From Owenia fusiformis (lineage: Eukaryota), in assembly GCA_903813345.2 (NCBI GenBank), contig CAIIXF020000001.1, positions 45,632,001-45,696,000 of the forward strand: a stretch of 64,000 nt of DNA, read 5' to 3'. The notes beneath the pieces are model-generated. The model had not been told where the DNA came from. It searched no databases and was given only the letters and a program-made list of their open reading frames with translations. The first letter of the stretch is position 1, and the number at the start of each line of letters is the position of its first letter. The position numbers and the translations under genes are program-made. This document shows positions 1-14,600 of this stretch, one piece after another.

Positions 1-2121
1 AAATTATTTTTCGCCTCCTGTGTTATTTCAATGGGAGAGGTTTTTTGAAAAACAATTTTGACTTAAAGACCTATAACTATGTAGAACCTGAAGAAACGTA
101 TATATTTTTGCTAAATAAAGTTAGCAAATTCAATTGCCTACTTAACTTATATTTCTGCAAGGGACTCGGATGGATGGATATTCTGTCATATACAGTAACT
201 TGGGGCAAACCTACCATTTCCCGTTGGTTAACATGGGAATGTCGATTTTCAAAAATTCATCATCAATTTTCGACCTATTGTAATTGAGGAAAAAATTGAG
301 AAAATTGGAAGTATTAGAAATAAAGTCAAATTACGTTTCCATCAATAGTTTAATATTTTCATCGCAGGTTAAGCAAATAAAAATTCAAACGTAAAGAGGC
401 TTTAACATGTACTTCAATGGGGAAGCTAAGGTTGCCAAACTTATGGAGGGGAGTGTATATTAATACAAGATTAGCGATTCGATTTCTGCTTTCCAAAGTG
501 CAATGAAAGGTTGTTACAGTTGAAAGTAAATTCTCCCGTTGAGAAAGATCCTACGGCCTACATCAATCAACATTATTTTGTTGATGCAAATCGACGCATG
601 TTAAACCTAGACTCAACCTAGTTGTTGGGTCCTGTATTCATCGATATCCCATTATTAATGTGTTATTGTGCAATGGCAGCCAGGGATATTTCTGATACTA
701 TATTGACATCCGTGTCACTGGTCCTTCTATATTTTTATCGTTTTCACCAAAAAGGAGGTCGATTTGTATCCAAATATTTTACCCATGTTAATAGTAACAC
801 CCGGTTACTTAAAAGTTAATCAGTTACGAGTACACATCCTAGGGCTCCGATAATCGAGTGAGAATTCCTCGCTTCAGCAACCAGAACGTGGTCTTGTTTA
901 ATAGTTTAATATTTTCTACATGATCATCTCTGAAAAGTTCAACTGTGATTGAGGAGTATGAAAAAATAAGAGCATTTGGTTACTTACTTTCTGATCGGGC
1001 CTCGTATGCACTGGTGTAAAGTATGTGCGTGACAACTTAGATTTTATTTGAAATAAATTCACTGTTTTTTTAACAAAAACTTAAAAAAAACGTTTTTGAA
1101 ATTAAATTGAAAAGTTTCACATTACACATTTTGATAACATTGAGTGAGTAGAACTAATGTTTGCCAAAGTGGTTTAAACTTTATTTGAGGCCTGAGCAGT
1201 AGTAAAATCAGCCCTGTTAACATTATTAAGGTCCAGCTGGATGTTGTAACGATAAGGAGGAAAACATTCCTTACTCATTATTTTCTATTTCAAACAAAGC
1301 AGGTAATTTATGTATAATCACTAGCAATCAATATGAGTCAATTCAAATCGAGATCCAAGAAACATAAAAAATCTTGAAAATAAATAAGTCATTTGAAATA
1401 GAACTCCATCAACTAATTTTTGGGAAACAGGTTAGAATGAGTTACTGTATAATATTATGCAATTAAAGTTCCAACTTATTTTAAATCATATTTTCACAAA
1501 CCTCAAATATTTCAATCTTCTGACAACAAGGTAAAATCAGCATATCAATTTGAAATTCACTTTTTCTGAAACTCTGCCAGATTTGATTGACAGTTACCAT
1601 ATTTGGGCATGAAATTGATGGCCTGTGTTAAAACTGCAAGGTCAAATTGATCCAGTCACTCTCTATGACAATTTAAAAACTGATTTATGGCTAAAAACAA
1701 TCAAATTCTAGCCTTAATTTCTCAGCTAAAATACATTTCTGGCAAAAATGACCTTTCAAACCATTGTTGATCATCCAATATCTATTGATTTGTGAACTTT
1801 TGAATTAAATTGTGTTCATCAAAATGTGATTTTAGCAATGTTTTATCAGACAGTGTTTTCAAAGAGTTTTGAATCAGATTCAGAAGTGTACAATTGGTGG
1901 TTTCAAATACTACTTTTTATAATTTTCTATAATGATAAGGGGAAGAAATTTGAAAAAGAAAAGGGGAGCAGGTGGGTTATAAAGAGAAAGAAGATTGGGA
2001 ATGTATAACTAGAAGATGCATAAAACAGTCGTCTTGAAGCAAAAATCTAACTCTTTTATGTGCTTCTGGGAAGCAATATTTTCATTGACCCTGCAAACAT
2101 CAAATGATTGGTTGATAGTTT

Positions 2122-2222
2122 GGGGTCCGCTCATTATACCGAAACCTATTATACCGACGCGCATTATACCGAAACCCATTATACCGACGCGCATTGTACC
2201 GAAAGGCGTTATACCGAATGCC
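2122..2222 (+). repeat. 15-bp subterminal tandem array (cattataccga...), probable DNA transposon end
   Basis: Alternating cattataccgaaacc / tattataccgacgcg units; inverted counterpart at 7615-7742. Confidence 0.8.
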
Positions 2223-3415
2223 ATAATCATCGTTCCACAACTAGTTACTTTGACGGAACGTCAATGTAACAAAATGGATGAACTTCCTGGTTACGAATTC
2301 CCAAAGCTAGAAAATATAGCCTAGTTTTATTAAGTTTCTTCGATTTGGAATTTGTTTTGTAAATGAAGCTGTAATTCATATGTACTAAGCCCCTCGCTTT
2401 TCTTACATTGACGAAAGCCTGTTATATTACCAATGTATGTTACTTTGTCAATGGGAATTTAACCCGACCATTTTTAGAAAACTTGAAAATCTCTAGAATT
2501 TGAATAAAGGTAAATAAAAGTGCAAAAACTAAGTTGTTTTGATAGAACATTACATACAGAATTCAAATAGAAGAAAATGTTAGTGGTTAAAAATGCAGAT
2601 CTCCTAAAATATCAGTAAAACGAGACCTTAACGAGATTTCAAAGCTATATGGAAAAGCCACTATTAGATAGATGCCTTCACGAGGCTATTCTCTGTTCTT
2701 GTATCCGTGCCTCATTTTGAGTAGCGAGTGTAAATTGAATTGGAGAGTGTAATATGAATTAGAGATATCTGACAAAATATGGATAGCCTAAAATATAAAT
2801 TTTGTGTTTTTGAACATGCGGAAATATCTTGAACACTTTGAAACTGAAGTACAGTTCCTTAATAGGTTTCTTGTTTCTTGTCAGTTTTCTTGTTTTTGTT
2901 CGACACAGCACTTGTGTTAATAGCCACGCGTAATTATTAATAAGCGTAATCAGATTATTTCAAGCGTCGAAATAGCTTATTTTCCTCGACGTATCTACAC
3001 AAACCTATTCACTTACCGTTATAGTGAGCGATCTAGATGCGTCAATTATAATTGTTTTCAATCATCGGCTTTAGTGGCCCGCGATACCTTTTATTTCATT
3101 CATTTGAGACGCAATTGATATATTGGCAACAAATCAAATGTTCTAAATGATTCTTCTTCATTTTGGAGTGTTTTTCCCACCCGATATTCAAAGATGTGTC
3201 TTGAATATTATACTTTACATTGATCACGATTCTTGTACTTTCTGTCTTTACGACTCCCGTTCACATTTGCAAGAGTTGTTGATTGCATTGCCTTGATCGT
3301 TGGTCGAACTTCGATTCCAACTAAATCAGATTAATCAATTAAGAAATGAAATATCATGTTTATCCAAGCAAATAATTGTAACAACTACATTATTTTTTAA
3401 CAGTTCTGACACCTA

Positions 3416-3735
3416 AGCAGGGTAGCCTAGTGGCGTAGACTGAGGCTTCTTTGCGGTTGAACGTCGTGGGATACGGAGGTCCCGCGTTCGAGCCCCAGGT
3501 ACGGAGTTGTTGATCATTGTCACTACGGACACCCGGTCCGAAGGTCCAACCGTTTACCGGCCCTTGGCATGGGTTGGTTCTCTGGCCGCTCTTGCCGGAA
3601 ACAGATTGTGAGACTGTGGTTGGTTCCTCCACTAACGTGCTTTAGTAAACTCCGGGAGTCATATAGCATGGTAGCGGGCCCCCACCAAGGGCAGTAGTGG
3701 AACGACGCGAATCGGAAAAGACTTTTGCTTCTTAA
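3416..3735 (+). mobile_element. tRNA-derived SINE-like element
   Basis: GC-rich island with A-box TAGCCTAGTGG (3423) and B-box GTTCGAGCC (3486); body includes GGTTCTCTGG..GGTTCCTCCAC, reminiscent of the V-SINE central domain. Confidence 0.55.
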
Positions 3736-4083
3736 TTTGACGTTTTAATTCATTTATTTACATACTTTATTCATATTACTTTCCAGGCAGTTATGATTTT
3801 CATTGGTCAAATGAATGAACGAGACACACATAGCTGCAATATCCGTAGCATTTGGCACAGTCGGTTCCCACGCTCTATCATTTTGCGTGGTCATCATTAG
3901 ATAAGGACGTACGGTTGATTGGACCATGGGCTTTCAACAGAGTCAAGAAATTGGCATGGATACTTTGAGAAATGAGGTACCAACAAAAGGAAACACCGGA
4001 AATAATCCAGAAATGTCCACACCATTGTTTTCGTTAGTTATGGCAAGGCCCCGGAGGAAAAACAGCATTCGTGGGTAGCTTAA

Positions 4084-5628
4084 CCCTAGAAAAAAAGTTA
4101 CACGAACACCTAAGGGGGGTCAAAAGGGCATCCCCCTTGTAAAAAAATTATTAGTGGAGCTAGGAAGTTCAAACTTTCCCCACTTTCAAATATACTTCAT
4201 TCAACAACTTGCAACTTGGTTGTAATAACTTTAACAACTATGATGGTGTAAGATTGCGTAATTTCATTCTAAAGACACCATGTATGATAGAATTGGTGCT
4301 AGCTTTTTTCCGCTTTTGTCTTTTGGAGATGATGATTACAGCATAATGAATTTTTAACAAACTAGTAAAGCTAGGATGTTCAAACTTTCCCAAAATATAC
4401 TTGCACGTCGCACGAAACTCGGGACAATTAGCGTAACATTATGGCGTCAAAAAAACAAAACAAAACAATGAGCAGTATAGGGCGCAAACAGCCTTACAAC
4501 GTCAAAAACGACAAGCGTCACATTTTTTACAAGTTTAGTCAACCTAAAAATAAAATACTTTATCCTTATCTAATCATTACAAAATTTACAGGGTAGCAAG
4601 ATCTCGAGGACAATATTTCTAAAATGTTTTTGAATTTTGAAAAACGGTCAAGAAATCCACTTGGGACGTTAGTAAAAATTGATATGTATGGAATTTGTGG
4701 TAAAAAATCGATGCGTCACATTTTTTCAAGTCTCGAAAACCAGCTCTTATTTTGATATTATTTGCAAAATAAACAAACCGGTTATTGTTTTGTAAATTTC
4801 GCCATGACAATATTGTGCAGTTAAATTTTCTTTCAAATCAGACCTAAATTAGAAGGTAAAATGAAGGTAAACTTATTGCTCCTCCCATTCGCCTTCAAAA
4901 CCTTACACAATTTTGAAAATTTTAAAAGCGTTCGTATAAGAAAATTTGAAATGTAGCCGTTAAGCAATTGTGACGTCATAAATGCAAATGTTCCATTGAA
5001 TAAATTGTGAAATCTAAGTGGGATTTTGATCATTATTTCAAAAGTTATCTCAATTTCAACGAGCCCTGTAAGCGTAAAGTGTTACGTCTTACAGCGTATT
5101 TGACGATGTCGGAGTATATTTAACTTTAAAAATGTGTTGGATCCCATCAAAATTTTGAAGGAAAAATAATTTCATTGAAATGCGAATAAAAAATACTTCA
5201 AAATGATATGTAAAACACATAGTTGGCTTTTTAAATAAGCCAGAGATTAACTTTCAAAGCTGAGATAAGTCCGCATTTCCCGAATTGTCCCCAGGTCCGT
5301 GCACGTCATAACTTCATTTAATTATCTACAACTTGTTGTAATAACTTCAACAACTTTGATGATGTAAAATTGCATAATTTTACTTTAAAGATAACACGTA
5401 TGGTAGAAATTGTGCTTGTGCTAGCTTTTTCCGATTTTTGATATTGGAGCTGATGATAACATCATAATAAATCAACTACCCTATGTGCAATATTTTCAGA
5501 AAACATGTGTTATATCTGTAGCTCCAGCTACTGAAAATTTGGAGATCTTACTAGATGCAAATAAAAAGTTATGGGGAAAAGACTTAACAGGGGGTCATAA
5601 TGACCCCCCCCCCTTAGGGCTTCTAGGG
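4084..5628. mobile_element. piggyBac-like non-autonomous element with internal direct repeats
   Basis: TTAA|CCCTAGAA..CCTAAGGGGGG..TCA and TGACCCCC..TTAGGGCTTCTAGGG|TTAG; internal duplication ~4190-4350 vs ~5308-5470. Confidence 0.7.
4410..5302. mobile_element. Unclassified TIR element with 5-bp TSD nested in the piggyBac-like element
   Basis: ACGTC|GCACGAAACTCGGGACAATT...AATTGTCCCCAGGTCCGTGC|ACGTC. Confidence 0.7.
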
Positions 5629-6160
5629 TTAGTTTTTGTACCAATTAGAGCCATGACTTAAACTCAACCAAGAACGGTGGAGCAAAGTCACTATGGGTCC
5701 CAATTGAGAATCAATTCAAATCAAAATCAAATTGAGAATCAGATGACCTGCTAAGTCTAGTATTGATTTGCCCCTAAATAGATATTAAAGGGGCGCTGAA
5801 TATTGGACTTATAGTTAATGAGCACCATTTTAAACTGCCAATTGAAACATGTATTCAATGTTTCAAAATAATGAAACTGAAATATTAGGCAAAATAATTG
5901 ATATTTCCTTCGTTTGTGGAATGAAAACTAATGATAGAGATAATATCAGTAGCCAAAAACTATAAGCAATTTAAACATGGAAATGATGCCAATTTAGAAG
6001 TATTATATGAAAAGAAATGTTTGTGAAATGGTTAGCAAATGAAATAACTTCAGAATTAATGGGATCATCGAGGCACACATTGATAAAAATCACACTTGGA
6101 TTTGGAAAGATTTAGAGTAAAACAAATGAATGCGTTTCTTACTTTCGCCATGACAACATA

Positions 6161-6165
<5 letters not shown>

Positions 6166-6202
<37 letters not shown>
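6166..6202. repeat. (TC)n microsatellite
   Basis: About 18 TC units. Confidence 0.95.
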
Positions 6203-6206
<4 letters not shown>

Positions 6207-6852
6207 ACAACAATTTTTGGCCCCATCAGCACAAGATCGTAAATAAGAAATGTGAAACTTTATATTTAATAGCACAATTATTTATTTCTACCAATGAAAC
6301 AAAACAGCACATAAAAATAAATGTTTACTTCATTGAATGCAGAATTTACCACGGTTAAATATATTTTATGAAGTACAGGGTTTACCATAATCAAACATAA
6401 ATAACAGAATTATATCTTATCTTTAACTTTATCCTCTATGAAATACAGAAATTGATGGTTAACTGGAATTCAGTTTGTTGAGACGACCCCTCAATCCGAA
6501 ACGCCTAGCATCAGTTAAAAAATATTTGGCCGCAACTGAGATGTAAAGATGTTCAAAGATTTTAAATTAAGCTTTATCTGAAAATATGTTTTTGCGCGAT
6601 AAACGTTTAATTGAATATGAATATATAAACAACAGACTGACATCCAGTCTCTTATTAAAAAGTTTAAAGTCAAAATATTGTGGAAGTAAATGAAAAATGA
6701 AAAAATCATGTATAATTTGAACCAAGGTGTATGATAAAGTAATATATAAACTATCTATTGTATATGATGGTACAGTAGAATTTCTCTTGGCTTTTCAACA
6801 TAGCACCATATTTGACTTTTCAGGCTCCACTTTTATTATTCTATGCCTATAA

Positions 6853-7342
6853 CACCCCAGTCACATTTGTCGCACGGCGGCCGCAAGTCGACCGCAGATC
6901 AATTAAATCAGTGTATTTCTGCGGCGAGCGTAGAAAACTACGCTCGCCTTGCGGCCTCCGTACGGCGAATGCAGATTTTTAAAGGTCGCAGGGAAGGCGT
7001 AGAAATTATAACTCGGAGTTATAATATTTGTTAATTTCTGAGGTCCCCGTAGAAATCAACTGGCTCAACAAGATTGAATCATTATTTGTCAATGTTTCAC
7101 GATCACTTTTCATTTGATATTACATCATAGCACTATGAATAACATTTATAAATTGTCCTGATGTAAATAAAATGAAAAAAAGTATTATTTATCAACAGAA
7201 ATTTAAAATTCACCGTGCGGCTGCCGTGGGAAATGTGACTGCAAAAGTATGAGAGCGCAGAAATTCAACGGCGTGCGTAGAAATGTTACTGGCCGCAGAA
7301 ATGATAGACCGCAGGGTCGCCGTAGGAAATGTGACTGGGGTG
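6853..7342. mobile_element. PIF/Harbinger-like MITE
   Basis: TAA|CACCCCAGTCACATTT...AAATGTGACTGGGGTG|TAA; GC-rich subterminal repeats. Confidence 0.85.
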
Positions 7343-7614
7343 TAAATGTATAATGTTACTGTGCACTGTCATACATGTCAATAATCATGTGTCTACATGA
7401 CGTTTTGAGTCGAGTATAGAGCTAGATTCAAAGCACCGTTCTTGCGAGTTTCAAATGAAAATATTGAAAATGCATATGTATTGAGGTCTGCAACTTTTTA
7501 TGTCTACACTGACAAAAACTTGAAATTACCGCTGTAAAGATATAGTCCCATGCGGAAGTGCACGTCATAAAACTGATGGGTTAAGGCAATCCATGTGCCG
7601 TCCCACTGGCACGG

Positions 7615-7742
7615 ATTTCGGTACAACGCGCATCGGTAGGCCTTTTCGGCACAATGCGCGTCGCTATAATGGGGTTTCGGTATAATGCGTGTCGGTATAA
7701 TGGGTTTCGGTATAATACGCGTCGGTATAATCAGGTGATCTA
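7615..7742 (-). repeat. 15-bp subterminal tandem array, inverse of 2122-2222
   Basis: tcggtataatg units; reverse complement matches the 2122 array. Confidence 0.8.
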
Positions 7743-10700
7743 TTCCAAAATTGTTTCATTTCTTACTTTTAAGTGTTTGATGATGGTCAAACAGAGGCAC
7801 TTTCAAGATTTTGCTGTTTAGAAACTTACACATATCTGAAACTTTCCTAGCTGAAATATAGATGTCAGTATGAGAGGTGTACCCACGAACTGCTAACCAG
7901 AGGGGGAATAACACCAGGGTTCAAAATTGCCATACGCTTATAATGTAAACCTGTATTGAGATGACATACATCTCTGATTGGTCAAAGTCGACAAACAAAT
8001 GATGTCATCAATGGCGGTTTCAAAATTTTCGAAATACGCTTTGAATAATATTATGTTCATTTCTGGCGTGTTAACCAATATCATAGCTTCTCACTTCACA
8101 TCAAGATAAGAAAGATGTAAGGAATATTCCTATATCAATTAAAACATCACATCGAAGTGTAGTATTTGAAAACTAGCCGATGAAAATTCGAACGAACGAA
8201 TGTGGTAAGCTGTATAACGTCATAACTGCTTCATTATTCGTTTGGAATAAATTCCCTTATACGAATATTAATGTCACATTTACAAATAAGATTCCCAAAT
8301 TACAAATACAAATATGAAGTATCAAATAAACAAACAGATACTAAATTCGGGTGCATTTTATGTTTGTAAGGACTAGAAATATTTGTAACTAACAATTTAT
8401 TATTCGCCAACTACAGCTTACAATTCGTATATTTCCCCAAAATTGCCTGTTATTTTATCGAAGAGATGTATTTTTACCAATAATTATCTTGCATATTACC
8501 CATGAATTGTTGCATAAAGCAAAGGAATATTCGTACATTAGGGAATGATAAAATGAAACTTTACGAATATAAATTTGAGTTTACGAATACAAATGTGAAT
8601 TAACGAATATAAACTGCAAGTCTCGAGGCAAAGGTCACGTGATATGACATGTGTGGGGGAGGGGTGATGACTTTGACCATGGGTTGACCATATCTCGTTG
8701 AGAATGATCACGTGATCTTAATAAACCAACGAAAAACGAATATAAAAGAGCAATTTACGAATACAAATGACAATATTTACGAACAATAAATGTGCACTTT
8801 TACGAAAAATATTACCTTGTTACGAAAATAAATTCGACAATTAAAAAATAGAAACGCCAAGGCTAGTACTTATTCATTGATAAATTCGACATTCAGTTCG
8901 AAGATATCAAATTAATATATTTGCAGAAACAATGATAAAGGTACAAATTAACTCATTTTATTTGTATACGGATAAACAATGTGTCACTAACAAATACGTT
9001 TAAGGACTTTTGAATGTATTTCAGTATAAAACACATACATATACGTTTTAACGAAACAAAATAGATTAATGAACAGAAAAGGCAAACAATGAATGAAAAT
9101 ACTCAAGTTACGAACATAAATGTGCATTTAACAAGTACAGAAGTTCAATTTACGAATACATACTCGTATAGTAAAATACGAATAATAAAGCAGAAAACAT
9201 TCCATAAGCAAGAGATGCAATTATGTCTGTCATATTTAAAACTCTGGGACTTTCCCTCCTCTTAACTGCTAACTAAGGTTTTCAATGTCCTCTTCGCATT
9301 CGTTTATTAATGATTAAACAATGTCTTTACATGTCTTGCCTTGCCTACGATGAGTTTGATCGATGTTTCATTTTAGGTAAATAGAACAGTTGTCATTTAC
9401 TTTGGTGGTCATTCAGTTAAGTTAGGCCAATGTACACCCTTATTTGCGAACCATCAACTCTTCTCTCCCCGAACTTATTTCTCCACTCGCACATCGAGTT
9501 TCGACATCGCAAACCATTGTTCGCGGGAACGAACGCGGTAAGCGAGGTGTCGACTTTTGGCTTGCAACCGAAGATACCTCAAGAAAAGCCAGAGACGAAG
9601 TTTTCCTTTGCAAACGAAGTTGGTCAAGGGTAACACGAATGTGAAGAGGACGTCTCTAATTGGTCAAAAAGAGAGGCGCGGCATTCTTCGTCAGATTGAA
9701 TCGGCAAAATTCGGTTGTATGGCTTACCTTCGGTTGTATGGCTTACCTCGGGCTGCATGGCTCAACCTCGATTGAATGGAAAAGATCCCGTTCCGGGTAA
9801 CTGACAACCGCGTGAGTTAGTCCCTGATTTGAATTTCCAAAGAGCTCTAGATAAGGAGTTTGTTGTCCGGGTGTCCGTCACAAAAACCAACTACTGCCTT
9901 GTGCTTGTCTTCTTACATATATGCTCTACACTGGGTTTTGTTACATTTTGCCGGTAACACTCAGGCTTTCACTTAGAAAATGAGGATTTAAGCAAGGATG
10001 TATTGACTTAACATGGAGATAATGCACTAATGTCTTAACATGGGGATATCATCATATTCTAAGCCATCATAGATATTTATTTGGGTAACATTTTTATTTC
10101 CCTGTACCTTTGATACATGTCACACTACCTTTTTAAGCATTAGTGTTTTTGATTACTTATAAAATGCATTGACACCAAAACATTGTGCCATGCAGATTTT
10201 TTACAATTGCAGAAGTGTGCATCCTTTGGGAACAATCTTTTAACCTTTTCCAAATCAGGTGACTTCTACCTTCTCAACATATTCAAAAAAGACTATTTGT
10301 TGTAATTGTTCACCTATGTGAGTCGAAATATCGAAACTTGTTTCGTTTTTATATCACATCCAGGTCAGTTTCTCATTTTGAACTAGTTTAAAGTAATTTC
10401 ATTCAAAGTTATGATCTTAATAAATCATGCTACTTGAAGATGAACGAGTTATGACTGCGTATTTTCATAAAAGTCAGGAGAAATTATGGTATTTCAAAAA
10501 ATTATTCATGCCATATGCAATGATAAATATTAATAACACGAGAAGTTCAAACTACTTGTTTTACAGGGCTATCTGTAATTAGCATGTTATTTTTCATTTG
10601 GTGTCCAACTGTATAAGGAAACAAGTCAGCTTGCCTTTTATTCTAACAATTGAACATAACATGAAATTGAATACATTGCAAATAAAATTTCAAGAGGATA

Positions 10701-11456
10701 TAAAATAATAACGAGGTCCACTTGAGTAAAAAATAAAGATTAGAAGCAAGGCTTGAAAAGTCATAAAAATATTATAAAAGGCTATATATATTGTTTGCTT
10801 TATAAGGTGTTGACGGTTGGCATTTTCATATTACAAACATAGCTGAAGATTTCACTCCATCAACGGTTGGTCATTTTCAGGCGGGCATACACAAGGATCT
10901 ATTCTTATGGAGTCGTCAAGAAAGCTCTCCTCTTCAGCTCTTTTTATATGATTGTGTGGTGTCTAAGAAAGGAATATGGTAAGTGTCGACGGTTATAGCA
11001 ACACCATAGTAACTATAGCAACACCATAGTAACTATACATTTCACATTGTGACCGTGTCTTGCAAACGACGGTCTCAAGGTAAAATGTAATTTTGGTATG
11101 GTTAACGTAGATACGTTGCTAAAAGATCCCACGGAACGACTCGGAGGCTTTTTAGGCTTCAGGTGCGATTCGGAGTTAGCTAGTTGACCGTTCAGTGAGT
11201 ACAAAACGTTTTTCTGTTCTGTAAATGACTTTTTTGAGTGGCTATTGTTATTCACGGAATAGAAGTTGACATTGAAATTCACTTCACTACGTGTTTTCAA
11301 TATAGATGGAATGATAGATGTTATTGCAAATACCACGATAGATCTAACGAATCAATCATTCTCTGTGGCTTTTAAAAGATCAATATCAAATAAAGCCCAA
11401 CTGATTTCAAACTTCTGATATGAAAATCCTATGCAGATTAGATTAACATGAGATAT

Positions 11457-11664
11457 GGGCATATTTACGATAATTGATATTTTTGGAAATTCATGAATTC
11501 TGCTATTCTACCACATCCTGCGCCATGTGTATTGATATCAACGACATTATATTGTTCTATCGTGATGTCAACACAATTGTTTACCATGACCATGCGATAT
11601 ATATTGAAAATGTTGCTTATTATTTCTTAAACTGATTTTGAAAATATCAATTATCGTAAAGCCC
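11457..11664. mobile_element. Small MITE
   Basis: GGGC..TTTACGATAATTGATATTTT / AAAATATCAATTATCGTAAAGCCC inverted repeats. Confidence 0.6.
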
Positions 11665-14600
11665 TTATATAGTCATTTCAGATTGGCGTCTCTTACATGT
11701 GGTGGAGCTGCCAAATATGGACATTGTCAATATCGTCTCAGTTCAACAATGGTCGATCTTGCCCATCGCTAAATCGAAGACCATTGCTATTTTTACAAAC
11801 CATTTGGAGGAAGGATGGTATTAACATCTTAAATATAAGTGAAATAAGCATTAAGAAATTGAATACTAGTACATGAATTTACTTCCAAATGTGAAACAAA
11901 GACAATACACTGGTTGGGAGTTATTCTTTAAAAAATCTTACAAAATATTACAATATTTGCTTACAACAGGCCATGCCATGCTTATTTAAATGTGCAACAG
12001 TTCTGCTTTTATTTCATGATAATGCTTTGATGGTTATAGGTGATAATTTTGAAAATGTGCACATTCCGCTCTTCACCACATTGCATGTTAAAAGGCGTTT
12101 GATTTTTGGAAATATTTGCTTCCAACTAGCTGGTTTAACTAGGCTACCTGTATAGTATTCCTTGCTATAACTTTGATAGTTGGTTCAGTTGTCCTGAACA
12201 CAATCTTTGTTTGGCCTGGACGAATCGTATTTCAAATCTGAATCGATTGGATACATAAAATTACAAGTTTCATATTAACCGATAAGGTGAAGTAGTCGAA
12301 GCTTACGCGTCACATTACCATAAGAATGGATTTTAATGGGTCCTTTCAGATACGGCTTGAGAAGAACTTCACTTTTTTAATTTACGACGTCCTTGTTTGC
12401 ATTTTCTTTGAATACATTTATTTCTGAAACCTCTGACACGGCGTACAATGTTTGTCCACACAAACTACAATAGTTCATTTTTAAATTGAACCATAATCCC
12501 CTTAAACTTCTACGAGCACCATTCTCCGAGCGTTCTTTAACATCAGTCATTCGATACTAAAGAAATAGCAATGTGTAAACAGTAACTTAATTGTTCGTTT
12601 TTTTGTGTTGGTGGTGATACTTTTTATATAACGTCAGGTAACACATATCAAGTAGCATTTGTGGTTCAGAAGTGAATCAAAGTTCAAAATTAATCAATTA
12701 CCTGGATTCACTTACCGATTCAATGAACATGGTCTAAAAAGTGACAAAATGGAAAAGTCAGTTGATCCGATGGAGGTAAGTGCGAACTTTACTGAATTGC
12801 AAAATTTTACCAAAAGATCAATACTTGCTCTAGATCTAACATGTCGTCTAATGGATCTCTGGTATCCTGTTTCCCATTCTAACATTTATTCTAGAGCCCC
12901 GTGTGTGTTTGCGCATCAGTGGGATTGTATCGATTCTGAGCACGAAGACCTGTGCGCTGCCAATATTTTTAGACTCCCAACTGATAGGGATGTGTCAAAC
13001 ACGATACATTAATCTGCTGTAAAATTTACAATAACGCCATGTTCAATATATGGGGCTAAGAGTGACACGCATACTTGAAATCAACGAAAGAAATCTGATC
13101 ATTACAACATGTACACGTACATTATTATAAAAGTTTCTATTGTTTTTGTATCGATCTTCTCACAGCTATCCATATAATATATTACTTTAATAAACATTAC
13201 TCTGGAATTTATATACAAGGCTCATGTGAAGAGATCAATGTTCCATGCGTAATTATGATACTAGATACAGTAGTTAAAATTGTCAAAGCTTTCAGACGGT
13301 ATATGGATTTCCATCATTGGTAAGCTGAGGTAAAATGATAAATCAATTTCATAACTAACCAACTGCCAGGCTTATCATAACATAACTAGGATTAGACAAA
13401 GCCGCTGCATAACGACATCAATAACAATTTTTATTTCTATAACTACTATTAACTACAAGCAGGATGTAATCGGAAACTATCTGATTAAAGACTACGATTG
13501 TTTTAATCTTTCATCAACCGTGGTTGAGAATTTAATTTCAAAATATATGATAAGCTAAGAATTGTAGTTACTGGTAAGGTTTGCGCTGGTAAGTAAACGT
13601 GTTTCTATGCTATCAATAACACACTTTGACAACACGGAATAAAGTCCAACAGCGATTGTCATGGTAATTTGTTATAAATTTCTGACTGGCGACTTTGTTC
13701 TTAGAGTTATAAAGTCATTCACCTCATCATAATCTTGGAAATTAACATGGGCTACTCAGGGGACTACTTTAACCTGGAGCAATTGAATTTTCATGAGCAA
13801 TGGCGTCGGGGCATGTTTTCTAAATATAATTTTGGAAAATTATAATCAAAATGCGATTAATCAAATAGAACGTCAAATAGATGAAATCATAAAGTAGACG
13901 TAGCCTTAAAGTCCTAGTATGTAGCGTTTCTTTAAGAACTACTAAGTAAATCGAGAGTCGTATCTCAAGAGGTAAGTAGAAGAACCAACATTTATGGGCT
14001 CACTTAGACCTCGTTCAACTAATGGAACAATATTTAAATATATTCTTTGAACAATTGCTCACTTCAATGTGGAAATGTTGGCAATTACGTTAACAAGGTG
14101 AATGAGTGTGCCTGATTAAACCCCTTATTGTATTAATAATACGTTACAAGGCAGGGGAGCTGTTAAATAAACACAAACGATCCTCAGGTATGTTGTTTTT
14201 ATTTCTTACTGCCACAAAGCAAAGATTCAATGTTTCAAATATTTTGGTCGAACCATTATGAACATGGACGTGAACTGGATTAATGTTCGTCAATAACTTA
14301 GTCATACTAAGTGTAATTAAAAGTCATCAAAAGACCGTAATTGGGATACTAAAGTTTGGGTCGAGAAAAAATTCTCAAAATGAAGGTAAGTCATAAATTC
14401 GCGTCCTGGGATACGTATGGACTGAAATAATCCAATATATGGCATATGCGCAAGTCTTATCTTCTTGTACTAATACGAGTATGTGCAAATAATATAATAA
14501 ATATCATAAATGCTTCGTTATCAAAGAATATTGTGCAAAACGCGTCATCGACAGCCAATATGCCATGTTTGTTCAGAATACAAAAGTTCAACGATTGAGA

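Noticed and set aside
2009..2324. ORFs with IIPKP/IIPTR repeats (and PKPSC repeats at 27060-27337)
   Set aside because: Translations of 15-bp transposon subterminal arrays.
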